Program-made: the position numbers and the translations under genes | The notes under the pieces: model-generated | What the model was told of the DNA's origin: nothing | What the model saw: the letters and a program-made list of their open reading frames with translations, nothing else | Databases searched by the model: none | From: Tubiluchus corallicola | Lineage: Eukaryota > Animalia > Priapulida | Length of the DNA: 64,000 nucleotides | Assembly: GCA_030141605.1 (NCBI GenBank) | Contig: JAQGDQ010000598.1 | Coordinates: 67,813 to 131,812, forward strand | Reading direction: 5' to 3' | Part shown: positions 13,177 through 27,379 of the stretch, in pieces | Layout of the letters: every line of letters starts with the position of its first letter | Position numbering within the stretch: position 1 is the first letter of the stretch

Positions 13177-13545
13177 TGTTGTATTTTATTTCTCTCGGAA
13201 GGCTCGTAGAAAAAACCAGAAAACACGTCGTCAAATTAAACTAGTTTATTAAGCGAGAATTCAACAACACAGAAGTATGAAGGAACGCGAAATGTTTGCA
13301 GTAAACGTGAAAATCTGGAAAACGTTTGAGTGTATCTGAAAATACAAGTATACAAGAGAGTGTGTAAGTGGTGCCCATGTGAATCTGTGTGCGTCTCTCA
13401 GTGGCCTGCTTTGCCTTATATAGCTTGCCAGGGAACATTCTAGACGTTTCTCTCTAGAACATTCTACAAGGTAAGACGATTATTCTAATGGAACATTCTA
13501 CAATGTTCTATTTAATTCTAATAGATGCCAGCGATCTCCATAGCA
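13177..13545 (-). mobile_element. Solo LTR (copy 1)
   Basis: TG...CA termini, 5-bp TSD GTAAT (13172-13176 / 13546-13550), and minus-strand TATATAA and AATAAA. Homologous to 19010-19355. Confidence 0.85.
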
Positions 13546-13879
13546 GTAATCATAATAAATTCAATTCAGCACACGTGACTAATTAGGCGTGCTTCTGATT
13601 GGCTGATCAAAAAATAATGTATTTGGACGGTGTGGAAAATCAAAGAAACTGCTTTGGAAACAAAATGCAGATTGTAGTTCAGTAAGATTTATCAAACAAA
13701 AGCATTATATGCGATCAATAGTACGTCTCAGTCACCTGTATCGTAAGCTGTTTTTTTTTCGTAATACCTGTATATCATTCCCGAAACCAACACCTGATGT
13801 TATTCTTTAAACAAATCGACTATCTTACTTTGCATGCTAATACTTTAATCATATCTGTATTATTGTTTAAGCTTGTTAC

Positions 13880-14388
13880 TTAAAGGAAAACCGGATGATT
13901 GTGTAAACACGAGTTCAGAAAAAAGAATGCTCTAAAATGTTGAAAACTACAATAGCTTATTTTAAATCATAACTTAGATTAAACAATAATTACCTCTGAT
14001 ACTCAAATTTCATTAAACTTTCAAAGCTACGCGCGGCTCAGTCAATCTACTAAGATTGGCAGAGGCGTCTTTTTGTCATAATCGCGTGGCCGATAAATAG
14101 AAGGCGGTACCGTGATAACCATGATCATGAACTGCAGTTAGTTTCTGACATCATATGACGTGGAGCCCATTGATGTGCTTGATGTGCAAAGAAAAACGCC
14201 TGGCATCTGGCATCTGGTTAGTTTCTGACGTAAACAATAGCTGTGTTCGGTTGCCGTTAATTAACTTTCTAAATTAATTATTCAAATGCAAGGAACGATT
14301 TGTTAACTTTTATAGGCAAGAAAATGCATATTTTGGACAGTAAATGAAAATGAGATTGAGTTTAAACAATCGTCCGGTTTTCCTTTAA
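13880..14388 (+). mobile_element. Kolobok/T2-type MITE, family A
   Basis: TTAA-AGGAAAACCGGA ... TCCGGTTTTCCT-TTAA terminal inverted repeats. Other copies at 38458-38994 and 60355-60897. Confidence 0.85.
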
Positions 14389-15485
14389 GCTTGTCTCTTA
14401 AAGGAAAACCGGATTCAATCCTAAACTGTATGTCAAAACAATCTACTCCTTAAAATATTGAAAGGAAACATACTATTTTTTCAAAAGTGAATTACGTGAA
14501 AGAATTATTACAGCACAAGTTCGCGCAGGTAGTTCTTCGCTGTTACGTGCAATTCGAAAACGCGTTGCACAAAAAACAAGTGCTGTTCTTTGCAATCATC
14601 CATCTATTTACTGATTAGATGAACACTGCATAACTTTGGATAAGCGTACTAAGCGCACGCTATGACAGCTAAGCTAAATACCCGCCCATCAAAGTGGAAA
14701 ACTACGCAAGCTTGTTCTTCCTATGTAATCCTATATAATCTATATAATCCTCATTATAGCTGGTTGAATAATCAAGCTAAAAACATGAAGCTTCATTATC
14801 TCTTTAGATAATTCCACTGGGAAGCAGGTCAGCGGAAGGTTGTAGCAACACAATTCTATTACAGTTGAAACAAAAAGGGAGAGAAACCAGTTCTCACCAA
14901 ACAGGTGTAGGGGATAGGTGATGTTTTGCTAACTGATCTGCACTGCCCCATATCGTGTTAAAAGTTAAATATTTGATTTCAAACAGTTTTTAAACAATAC
15001 AGAAAGCTCCGCTTAGTCTGTTTATCGAATCAACGCTTATAAAAATCACCAAAAAATCACGAGAGAAATCCGATTCGGATTATTCGTTGCCGTTCGACGT
15101 TTGGCGGCGAAACTTAATTTTTCAGACTTAATTTAATTTGCATTCCAACAAAACGCGAAAACAGAACTTACATGGCTTCATTTAAAATGGCGGCATTTTT
15201 GCTATCTGATTATTTCACGACATTCATTCGTGTGACCAAACACGCAATGCATACCACGCGGGAGAGATGAGAAGATTCTGACTAATTTCCATCCTCGATA
15301 AAAATGGCGCAAAACTAATTAGGAAGTAATTTGCTTTTATATCAAACTCCAGTGATTTTCTTCATCGATAGCTGACCAGCCATAAAACAGGAAATTTGGT
15401 TTTTAATGTAACCGTCTGTTGAGGCTGAGTTTACGTGGCGCTAAGTAATGGTTAGTTTAGATCAGTTTCAAATTATTTTTCAAAC

Positions 15486-16088
15486 TTAAAGGAAGATAGG
15501 ATGATTTTTCATACACTACCCCATTTTCAAGTCTGATAAAAGGTTTACATTTTAACACAATTAATACTGCAAAAGCGTTTCTGATAATAAAGTAATAGAT
15601 TAAAAAATTAATTAACGGCGTGTGAGCCAAACTACTGATGACATCACAAACGAACATAACAGCAAACATATTCTACGAGCGTGTTGCACGTGTTTACGAA
15701 AGCGAGAATTGAAGTACAGTGCTACTGTAAGAGATTCAGTGTGCTGTACTAAAACTTGGCAAGTTTTAAGATAAAAATTCAAATTTCAAATTTGCCTCTG
15801 TGCTCACGCATGAGCTGTCGAGGTAACACAACTAACACATTAGTAACACATATGAACTAAGAGGTACAATGCGTTTCTGAAATGCAGGCGCTAGTGTCCG
15901 TCTGACTAGCGAATGACGAAATGCAGGTAACAGTGAAGAACTAGTGACGCAAATGCAAAATTGTGCTTGTGCGGTAATAATTCTTTCATGTAAGTCATTT
16001 TTGAAAAAAATAGTATGTTTTCTTTCAATATTTTAAAGTGTAGATTGTTTTTACCTACAGTTCATGACTGGATCTGGTTTTGCTTTAA
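15486..16088. mobile_element. Kolobok/T2-type MITE, family B
   Basis: TTAAAGGAAGA ... TGGTTTTGCTTTAA ends. Partial opposite-orientation copies at about 14398-14590, 20180-20600 and 49913-50175. Confidence 0.7.
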
Positions 16089-16453
16089 GTGTCACCTTGT
16101 ACCTAGTGCCATTATTATTACAAGCAGCACGGGAATTATTAAGTAAACAAACGGTTACTGCATAGTCATGCTCAGAGCAATATTGCATATGACATCATAA
16201 ACACGACAGCTTGAAGCCAGAATAACTCTGCTGTGTAACCAGGGTGACTCATTCATTTTATTGAGTTCAATAATTTCACGATTACACATATGTGGCAACT
16301 CAGCATTATGTCGTGGACAATGTCATAAATCACTTGATGTTGATTTCCGCGCCATTTTAGATTACGAAACGCCGCCTGAAAACAATCGCGAGCCATAATG
16401 ATTGTACAGTAGGCCAAAATGCACACGGGTGGTTGCTCGGTAACTGTTTTGAA

Positions 16454-16637
<184 letters not shown>

Positions 16638-17707
16638 GGTGAGGCTGTGGGATTTAGTTTTGCGGAAGGACAAGCCACTAGAAGCTGTGGAATCATAATC
16701 ATAGATATTAGTGCATGTGAGTTAGGGATGTAGTGATACGAACCCCAGGACTGACAGGATAGGTATAATCAGGGCTGGGTTACCCTATAGGCTAGCATTG
16801 GCTGCAGCTTAGCCCCCCCCCTACTTTGCATTGCTGAATAATTCATATGAGTTAAAATAAAACTTCAACTTTAAAAAAGGAAGCAATATAACCTGAAAAT
16901 CCTATTTTAAAGTGCCTCCTCGTTTGAGATACACGATGGGGCATGAGACAGCGGGATTAACTATCCTGGAATTCAACCCTCTGATCCTAGAATTCCTCCC
17001 TTTGATTCAACCCTGTGATACGGAATTCTGATTTCAGAACCAAGACGAATTCAGTTCAGTATTAATTAAACTATAGTTTGTGCCCTTGAATGCAAGTCAA
17101 ATAGTGCATGGAAATTTAAACAGAAGTTTTGTGTTTTCGTTCCTATTGTTTTTTCTTTTAGTATCACTAAACAAAACTCATATTAGAATACTAAAATTGA
17201 ATAGAAGTTTTATAACCTGCTGAAATAAATACCTTTTTTCTATGTTTAAAAAGTAATTTACATTCGCGATTTTAGCAATGCCACTGAAAGGTATAATGCT
17301 GGAAAATTAACAGATAATAATTCAAAGTGGGAGGGGGCGGAATTAAGAAATCTAGAGATCAAAAAGCTACGAATTGAATAGAATTATTAATTATAATTAT
17401 AATGTCATTATATTTCATAATTGAAATTGTACATATGTTTTGTTTTTTGTACATTCCAAAATTGTATGTATGTCTTGTATGTATTTTTGACATATACATA
17501 ATAATAAATAATTCCAATAAATAAAGGAACTAATAAATAAATATAAATATGTAATATAAATATGTAAATATCTAAATATTTGCACTTTTAACAAAGTAAT
17601 GATATACAAATAAACAGTGAAAATTTAAAAGTGCTGGACCAGCGCTAACAAGACACAAGAAATCTGATACAGAAAATCACAATCATTTTCAACTTTACCA
17701 CAGTGAC

Positions 17708-18500
17708 TTAAAGGACAAGAAAAGCGGCACCTGAAGTAGGTTTCAGAAAAATTGCTTTAAAAATGACACTACTTTACAGCAATTTTATGCACATATCGTA
17801 TTCGCCTCGACAGGAATTTTCGTTTGTTTTCATTTTAAATCTCCCGCACTATTGTTCCGACGGCGCCATTACATGACGTCACTACGCCATGAAAATCAGG
17901 GGAAGAAAAGGCAATGTTAAATTATGACCCAAAAAACTTAAAATGTGTGTGCCAGTTGGTAAAATGTCGCTGACTCACCTCCAGGGTGCTCCACTCAATA
18001 GCCAAAAACGTATTTTTAATCTTATTGACAAGATACAGTAATTTAAAATTTTACTTATTTAGCAACATGTATGCTACGAATGCTCTAATTATTTTTCAAA
18101 CTTTACACAATGTTATTTAAACTTGTTTCAAATGGCCTACGATTAAAATGGTTGCGCCTAACGGTCATCACGGAAGTTTAAATTTACACGTTTTATACAG
18201 CGTTGCTGCCGACACAAGCCCTGCATACGTAAAGGCAGTACGTAAGTGGTATAAAATTTCGAGACGAATTTTTTAAGCTTTATGTAAGTGGAGGGTTTTC
18301 TTGTGCTTTAAAGAACTCAACGGGTTAGTAGAATAGGAGTTTTGATCATGCAAAACTTTGAAAAATCACGACCGATAAGCAGAAAAAGATTAAAAATTTA
18401 TAAATCAACCATTCAAACGATATACAATGTTAGTGATTATTGTAAAATAAATATTTACAAGTTGTATGTACGCCGAAATTCAGGTGACCACTACGAAAAT
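17708..18500 (+). mobile_element. TTAA-AGG-ended DNA transposon remnant, family C (Kolobok-like)
   Basis: Starts TTAAAGGACAAGAAAAG...GAAGTAGGTTTCA. Homologous blocks at 62765-63260 (+) and 27380-27871 (-). More diverged relatives at about 25960-26210, 32580-32750, 53500-54030 and 57039-57510. Right end uncertain. Confidence 0.65.
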
Positions 18501-19009
18501 TTAAATTCAGTTTCAATTTATTTATCTCTTTATAATACTACAATAAAACATGATTAATAAAAGAATCGCTAATAAGTTTTGAAGAATGGTTAAAATGAAT
18601 AGATAGATCTAGAACTAGAGAAAGGATAGCGAAAAGACTATAAAGTCACCTAGTCTGCTATCCTTTACCGAATATAGATAAAATGATTTTTAGGCACTGG
18701 TGGGAATTAATGTTATCAGTTTAATTTAGGAAACATTAATAATTTTAAAATTATGACATTTGCTATATAATTAAGTAATCCAGAGTAAAGAAAATACATG
18801 TACTTTAATTTAGTGTGCAACAAAATAAGGTCAATCTTGATTAAACTAAAAATAGCATTTAGATTTTGAGTGGAAGGCAGATCAAATTTGCTGTGTAATA
18901 ATAAGAGCATTTTGGGTTAATAATGCAATTAATCAACAACGAAAATTAAATGCATTTTCATGTGGGTTCAACTTCATCATTTCTAAGATTGTTGAGTAAA
19001 AATATATCT

Positions 19010-19355
19010 CGTTGTGTTTTGTTTCTCTCGAAAGGCTCGTAGAGAAAACCAGAAAACACGTCGTCAAATTAAACTAGTTTATTATGCGAGAATTCTGCAA
19101 AACAAAAGTATGAAGGAACTCGAAATGTTTGCAGTAAATGTGATAATCTGGAAACATGAAAGCGTATCTGAGAATCTGAGAATACCAGGATACATGAGAA
19201 TGTGAGAGAATAAACTTCAGCGGCCAGCTCCGCCTTATATATCAGTGCCAGCGAACAATCTAGAAATAGAAACTTCTACAAGGTAAGAAGATTGCTCTGC
19301 TATACTATAGAACATTCTACAATATTCTATTTAATTCTAGAGGATCTCCATAACA
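19010..19355 (-). mobile_element. Solo LTR (copy 2, same family)
   Basis: 5-bp TSD TATCT (19005-19009 / 19356-19360). Minus-strand start TGTTATGGAGATCC. Aligns end to end with copy 1. Confidence 0.85.
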
Positions 19356-19468
19356 TATCTGTAATTAAGTTATCCAAAAATAAAGAACATACATGTATTA
19401 TAAACCAGTGGACAACAGAATAGGGTCAATCTTGTATAAACACTATAAATAGCACTAGTAGTTGTGAC

Positions 19469-19748
19469 CAGAGCCTATTTCAGAAGGGGGATACTTCCCC
19501 GAAGTCTCACTCTCCAGGGGGGCCTCGCGCCTAGGTAACATTTTTTTGTTGCTTTTGATTTGACTGTTTTTAAGTATTAAGGACTGGTCTTGAGAATAAA
19601 GCAGTTTTTCTTTCAATTGTTCTTTCTTTTAACAACTGCATAGCCCCATATTTTCTCTTCAAAAATGCTTCTTGAGCGTTCCAGCAGTTCAAAGGGGGCC
19701 TCACACGCCCCACTTCCCCGGGCCTCGCTTAGGCTGAAAAAGGCCCTG
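19469..19748. mobile_element. hAT-type MITE
   Basis: TIR CAGAGCCT...AGGCCCTG and a perfect 8-bp TSD GTTGTGAC (19461-19468 / 19749-19756). Confidence 0.85.
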
Positions 19749-22700
19749 GTTGTGACACTACGAAAAGTGATTGTGACATGGCTTGGAATTTCTGTGATAA
19801 ACCTTCCTATAGCAGTGAATCGTTAGAACAAGTATTTGACTTGAGCGTGCTTGCAGTTGTAACGACACAATCAACCTAATTTAATCACAGAAGAACAATT
19901 AGGCAAATATGATTAACACTTTCCGACCGGCTCTATAATGAAAATGCATTTGAAGCCGCCAGTAAGCGCGCTTCCCACTCAACACTGCTTATTGTTTGGC
20001 TTCCGCGTGATCGATTACTGATCATCTATCAATGTCGAAACCAATGTTGACTGTGTTTACAATACAGACATGTAGTTCTCCCAGTGGAGAGCTCTACCAG
20101 TAACAAATTAAGTTTATCTACAGGCCTGGGATCGGTTGAAACGGCAGCTAATAAATCTGTGTCATGATTTGAGCAATTAGCACATTTCGGAAATGCACTG
20201 TGCAAAAATAAGTGCTGTACCTCTCAGTTCAGATGTGTTAGTTTGTGACGAACTACACACGTTCGACAGCTCATGCATGAGTACTGCGGTAAATTTGAAA
20301 TTTGAATTTTTATCTTAAAATTTGCATAGTTTTAGTACAACATGCTGAATATCTTACAGTAGTACTGTACTTCAATTTTCGCTTTCGCAAACGCGTCAAC
20401 ACACTAATGGGATATTTTTGTTGTTGAAAATTATGTTATCAATAGTTATGTTATCAATGTGCCCGCCGTTAATTAAGTTTTTAGTCCATTTTTTTTAATT
20501 ATAAGAACCGCTTTTGCAGTATTTATTCTACTAAAATATATGCTTTTTATCGGACTTGAAAATGGGGTAGCATATGCAACATCAGTCTGTCTTCCCTTAA
20601 GTGTACCACGGTAACACGTTTTAACTACAACCGTCACGTGACATGTGTGTAAAACAAAGCCATTTGTTGCATCAGTTCAGTAATTGTTTACTTAATTGTG
20701 CATTAGTCTGTGCGTAGAGTGATTTACTAGCAAAATCTTGCTTGGGACAAGAAAAAGTGAGTAAGGTTCTAACTAGCTGTTAAAACTGTTACTATTACAG
20801 CAGCATCGGCTGCAAGGCGTTGTCAAGTGTACATAAATGCGTTGTCTAGCACACATCTTTCACGATCATCATCAATCGCTGGAACTGTGTGAAAAGGCTT
20901 ATAGAGTAGTCATCACCTCTTTCATAACTTTGAAAAATGTGTTGTTTATTCCTTCCCAATGAACAGTGAATCACTAATCAGTTTTTTAAGTAATGCATTA
21001 GCACTGCATTAATGAATTAGTTTCTCTCAAGAAACATTGTTTAATTTAAGAATGTATTGTTTTCTCTAACAGTTCCAATGGTATGTAAAGTTTACAGAAT
21101 ATTAGTAGACCTATAAAGTTATTATTTAAGCAGCAATTATTAAATTAAAATTAAATTTTACTTCCTTAAGCTTTACCACCTATCCACATTTGAGATACCA
21201 ATATCACATCTGACTTGACATGTGTCTACATTTGACTTACCAAAAACGCTTAAGATTTCTTGAAAACCATTGTTAACATATTCGAACTACCTAAGTCTAC
21301 ATTTGAGTTACCAAGACACATTTGAATTACCTAAATCTACATTTGAGTTAACGCAGGTCTACATTTGACATGTAAAACCTATAGAACAGGCCTGTAAACA
21401 TGATGGTGCTCCCAACAATACGTTCCTTTGCAGACCTAATATAACAATGCATTCTTAAACCTCGCGGGGGCGTTGGGGCATTGTGGCTGTACAATCGTAC
21501 GCATTGTGCAACATGGCGCGCATTGTTTGTCAACGCACAGTAGAATTGGAACATGAAGCACATTGTTACCTCACTTTGCGCGAGTCTAGCAATTTCTCTA
21601 GTTACAAATTATAATTCAACACTACATACCTACATAATGAAAGATAACGAACATATTTTAATACATACTAACAAAAATTTATACACATTATACACAATGA
21701 AAAACAGCGAGTACAATTATAATAAACATAATTACCAATTCTAATGCAAATTCACATAATCATAAATAAAAACAAAACAGCATATAGAAAACACAACGAG
21801 AATTGTAAAGTTTCATCACCAACAGACTGTTTATATACGGGCGAAAGACTCACTGATAAGTTTTGAAGAATGGTTAAAATGAATAGATAGATATAGAACT
21901 AGAGAAAGGATAGCGAAAAAACAATTCAATTCAATTTCAATTTATTTATCTCTTTATAATACTACGATAAAACATGATTAATAAAAGAATCTCTAATAAG
22001 TTTTGAAGAATGGTTAAAATGAATAGATAGATCTAGAACTAGAGAAAGGATAGCGAAAAGACAATTCAATTCAATTTAATTTCAATTTATTTATCTCTCT
22101 CAGCGCATGCGTGGCATTTAAATTTACGGTTTGTGCAGTAATTGGCAGGCGATGTAGTCGATATTACAAGCTTGACGTAATATTACTGTTATTCAGCCAA
22201 GGTAGTTGTGAATACCGAGCACGAAGCTGGGTGTTTGCTAAGATAATATTTCCACAGCGCTGATATTTCCTGCAGGAATTGATTTATGGTACATTTCAGT
22301 GAGTAACAGACAGCAATGAATTATTCAAGCAAGTTGTTGAATGTTATAAGTTCTTTTTAATAGGCAACATTTGTAGCCATAATTTATTCATGCAGATGAT
22401 ACGAAAAGAAGGGTCGTATTAACACTTTAGGAAGTCCTAAGCTGATAGTCCTGTCCCGCCCATCTCAATTGTAAATTTTTGGTTGCTTATGGACTAAACA
22501 GATTAAACAATTACTTAGTAGAAACCCTATTAACCTAATTTCTACCTGGTCATTACTAATCACGTGCATTTCCGTAGTACTTATATCCAAGCATGCTGCG
22601 CAACTGCTTGTTGTGTATTACTTCTAACCTGTTCGCTATGTGGTACTGTTATATAAAAGCTGCGCTCGGTAACTGCCTGTGGTGTGTTATAAAATTTGCC

Positions 22701-22830
22701 ATTTACATGAATATGAAAGTATACACATTTTCACAAGAGAATAAGAATTTTTTTCAAAAAATGTGACGTCCTTTCAAACTTTGGCGCCCTAGTCCATAGC
22801 CTATTTAGCCTACTGGTTTATACACTCCCT

Positions 22831-23232
22831 CAGAGGAGCTGCACAAGCAGCCAACAGCTAGAGGGCGGAGGAGGTCAAGTAACCCAACGGCCATGTGTAG
22901 AGGAGTAAACCTTCCAAATCAAGAGTGGAGCCCCGAAGGCGGACCAGTGCAGCATGCTCACTGACTCCTGCAGCCAACCTGGTGCCAAACGTATCGCTCC
23001 GCTTTCCTTTGGACTACACCAGGGAGGAAGAGAGGGGTTTCCTGTTGTCTGGGGCAACTCAGGATCTCCACACACCTTCCCAGGCGTGCGCCCTGGAGAG
23101 GCAACTTCAGGGGTTCAAGGATCGGACTGCTCAGCCACAGTCGACGCTGCAGCTCCATCAATGTGATCAATAACTGACTCTCTTGGCGCACACTCCATTG
23201 TCTTCCGAGACAGAAGGATGCCAACAACAACA
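22831..23232 (+). mobile_element. Bipartite (internally deleted) RTE-derived non-autonomous retroelement, 5'-truncated
   Basis: RTE-like 5' region joined to the ORF2 C-terminal motif SRIGLLSHSRRC (from 23115, frame closing at TGA 23175-23177), then the 3' end CCATTGTCTTCCGAGACAGAAGGATGC-(CAA)n. Homologous to 36916-37240. Confidence 0.8.
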
Positions 23233-23899
23233 TAATACACCCTGACAAAAGACGTCTTTGGCTGCTCAGCAGATTGAGTTGTAGGGAAGTCTAATTGAGT
23301 TGGCAATATCTCCAACTTCGATTACATTCAAACTAACCCATATCAGTCATTTAATGGGCTTCATATGAACGAGTATAAATCTGTATAATGTAGTTAAGTC
23401 TCCATTATTGTCTGTAGTTTGATTAACTTTGCTTACCTAATGTCCATTTGTCTAAAATTGCACTAGACCTTCAGACGTATCGATCGTGTTTTAATGCTCC
23501 AGATTCGTGATGAATGAAATAAGAGATGGAATGGAATCATTTTGAACGAGTAGAGAATGTTCTCGCACATTTTCACTCGCGATCTATAATCAAAACTACT
23601 AACTTTAGGTCATTGAACATGTGTTGCCATCTATGTTTCAATTTCTTAATTTTCTTTGTTGTTATCACTTGACTCAGTTTTAAGTAAGTAAACATTTATC
23701 ATCATCATCAATTGTAAATAGTGTAAAGGATGTATTACTAGTATAAATAAAGTATTTTACAGTTCAACGCAGATTTCATATTCAGAATTCTAACCACCAG
23801 AGTGAATGAATCTGAAGTCTTTATCTTCTGTTTTAATATATCTTCCAAGCTACAAATTTTCTACAAGTTCAGGTATCAGCTATAAGTTTTCTACAAATG

Positions 23900-24365
23900 T
23901 GTGAGTGAATGAGCGAACGAAAAGATTATCTATAATAGAATGAATGAATGAATTTTCAGCGAGCGAATGAATGAATAAACGAATTTTCTACGTACGAATG
24001 GATAAAAAGAATGAATGAACGAATTTGAACAAGCTAATGAATGACAAGAATGAATGAATGAATGAATTTTAACGTGCGAATGAATGAGTGAATTTTAACG
24101 TGCGAATGAATGAATGAATTTTAACGTGCGACTGAATGAATAAATGAATGAATGAATGAATTTTAATGTGCAAATGAATGAATGAATGAATTTTCTACGT
24201 GCAAATGAACGAAAAGAATGAATTTTAACGTGCGAATGAATGAATGAATGAATTTTAATGTACGAATGAATGAATGAATGAATGAATTTTAATGTGCAAA
24301 TGATTGAATGAGGGAATTTTAATGTGAAAATGAATGAATGAATGAAGTTTAATGTCCAAATGGGT
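23900..24365. repeat. (GAAT)n-derived microsatellite with recurrent TTTTAACGTGC interruptions
   Basis: Direct reading. Confidence 0.9.
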
Positions 24366-25049
24366 GAAAAGAAGTCATCCAAATGGGTGAACGAAAAAGC
24401 GAACAAGAAAACGGAAAAAAAGGCAAAAAAGACAAAAATTTTAAATAAAATACACAAACTGCATATAAGGACGGTTCGAATCAATGAAAAAATATAAAAA
24501 ACTAAATGCGAAAAATGCAGGAACGGAAACCAAAGAAAGAAACGAGACGCGAATTCTGCAAGTTGCTTTGATTCTGTTTTCCCGTGAATTTAAACTACTG
24601 TGTCCAGCATGCATTTTTAATGAAGGTAAGAAATTTAATAATGCCCATGCAGCTTTAAAGAGAAATCCGCTTTCAAACTTGAGTGTTTTTAAAACAAGAT
24701 TTTTCCATTAGCCGTCTGAGTTTGTGCCCATTTTCTAAAGTTTTTTTAATGTTTGAAACTCATAATGGAACTTTCTTCACTGATTCACAATATCAACTGT
24801 ATGTTTCATTTAAGAATTTCTTTTTCTTAAATACAAACGAACGTTGAAGAAGAAATGCAAAAAATAAACTAAATATAAAAAAGATGGATGGCGTGACAAA
24901 ATTAATAGTATTTCGTTTAGTATATGTACTCGCTAGTTCAGGGGATACGTCTTAAGTAACTCAGTACACTGTACTTATCTTCAACGTGGTCCCGATTATT
25001 ATTATCTGTGATTGTGAACGAGGCTGATTTACCATTGATGATGTATGAC

Positions 25050-25479
25050 TAAGGGTGTGCATCGAACGTTCGAGTTCGAACGTTCGAATCGAATTCGAAT
25101 GTTCGAATTCGATTCGAACGAGTTTTTAAGTTCGAATTCGATTGGAACCTGAAATTATAGATTCGAATAATTCAACACTCCAGCCACACACGTTCTTTAT
25201 CATTAAAATGTTTGAAACAGCAAGCAATTAGCACAATTTAGCTGCAGTTTTACAGCAGAACAAAATCAAGTAACATGCATGATCTTTGTAAGACCACTTT
25301 TTACTGGTGGTTCGTAAACTGGTTCGAAAATCTTTCAAATTCAATTCGAATTCGATTCGGATTCGAAATACTGAAACTGGGTTCGATTCGAGTTCGAAAG
25401 TCACAAATTCGATTCGATTCTGGTAGATCACAAATTCGAGTCGATTCCTTCGCTTTCTGGTAGAGAATGATCACCCCTA
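25050..25479. mobile_element. hAT-like MITE with subterminal TTCGA repeats
   Basis: TIR TAAGGGTG...CACCCCTA, degenerate 8-bp TSD TGTATGAC/TCTGTGAC, and dense TTCGAA/TTCGAT motifs at both ends. Confidence 0.65.
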
Positions 25480-26752
25480 TCTGTGACTCCGTTTATGATC
25501 TATGATCTAGAACTGGGATAGCTTTTTGCGAAGTCGCGCTGAGAGTCTGAAATTTCGTCAAATTTTCGGTTGGTTGACACTTAACAAGTCACGCCACCCA
25601 CGTGTTACCGCGTTTTTGTCACTTGTGAAAGAAATGGCGTTATGAACGGACGATCAGTGACGAATTCATAGTTGCCAGTGTCGTATAAGTGTTGTTTTAC
25701 TGAATTACCTGTAAGTCTTGCAGATTCAGTGTAAAGAACAGGCTAATTATTGTTATTGTTGTTGATGATGATGTTAAAATTGCCAACCAAAGTAAGCCTC
25801 AGAAAATTCGCAATAAAAATTTATATCACATAAGTACAATCTTAAAAGCGAATAAAGTACTCGCGTTTTCGCATTTATTCCAATTTTTGTAAAATGTTTC
25901 AACCGTTGCAGTAAACGTTGGCGCAGCCAATTGAAAAGCCAGCATGTGTTTGATCACGTGACATGACATCATTCGAACACAGTCGCAGTGAGTTCTGAGC
26001 ACGTGTACTATAAAGATTTGTGTTGTGGTTCTGTGACGTCATCTAATATGGCGCCGCCGTGACAGTCTCGCGGGAGTATTTAAAATGAAAACAAACAGGA
26101 AATTCTTTTAACGTAAGTAAGATAAACGCTTAAGATTGCCTCTAACCGTTATAATTCTTTAGCGAAAATTTTCTGAGACTTGCTTTAACTAGGCCTTTCC
26201 TTGACCTTTAAAAAATTAATATGTACAGAATCAAAAGTTTACAAATTAAAAATCAGATAAAAAGCAGCGCTTCAATATCAATAAATCATACCACCTCCTA
26301 AATATTCTACTATAAAATCGTACTCTGTTTAGTTGCATAATATAGGATTTACAATAGAATTTGCGGATCCAATCTAGCGTCACCTGTTTCCTAACTTGTG
26401 CAGTCAAGATGAAAATGAGTCTGCAAGACCAGCATAACGTGCAACTGTTGCGTAAGTCAAGGCGCCATATTTTGCTGGTTTATCTAATTATGGCATGTTA
26501 AACTTATAAGATATCGAGGCCTTCGGGAGCGAAAGGTAAAATTTTGACGGACATTGAACAGCAAAATGATTTGCTAATGAGGTTTTTACAAAAAGAACAG
26601 AGTTACTGTTGTGAAGAAGATGAAATTAATGAAGTAGACGTAAGCGAAAAAGAGGAGAAAAATTTTCACTTGAAAAGGTTGAGGGAAATTTAGCCCAAAG
26701 CGTGTAGCATGTACATGAAGACTTCAGCTAAATTATTGAAACTTTGATTGCT

Positions 26753-27150
26753 GTTAAAGGAAAAGCCAAGTCTCTTGGGAAGTTGAGCTTTTTTTAATAT
26801 TTGGGGAAAATGTTAGAAGGTTTCAGCAATAAAATTGTGATAAGCTTTTCGTATAATTAATAAAATCAACTTAAAGTCGTCGTCACTTTACGCTTGGGGG
26901 CGCTCCTCATTTTAGACGAAAAATGGCGTCTAGGACGTAAAGTTTGAGGGGCATTTTTTAACACATCACAGACAGTCACTGGGCTCAGCTTTTATATAAG
27001 TGCCACATAACGAACAGGTGCAAGGTATTACGCAACAAGCAGTTGTGCAACCTTTCGAATATAAGCGCTACACAAATACGTGCAATTAATAATGACATTA
27101 TTAATGCTTGTACGAAGCTTATACGAAATCTTGATACGATACCCCTGAGG
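26753..27150 (+). mobile_element. TTAAAGG-starting transposon remnant, family D
   Basis: Core TATAAGTGCCACATAACGAACAGGTGCAAGG also at about 287-400, 29415-29540 and (inverted) 22430-22650. Confidence 0.55.
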
Positions 27151-27379
27151 CTCCCACGCTAAATATTGAGGGCATGTTAGATTCCCTATTAATCCAGTAA
27201 TAGCACAAAAAACGTTCCATGAACAAAAAGCTTAAAAATCATCTTGAAATTTTATATCACTCACATACTACCTTTTTGCATGCAGGACTTCCATCGACAG
27301 TAACACTCTATAAAACATTTAAACTCCCGCGATACATTTAAATCTCCCGGATGCGGCCATTTTGACAACAAGTCATTCG

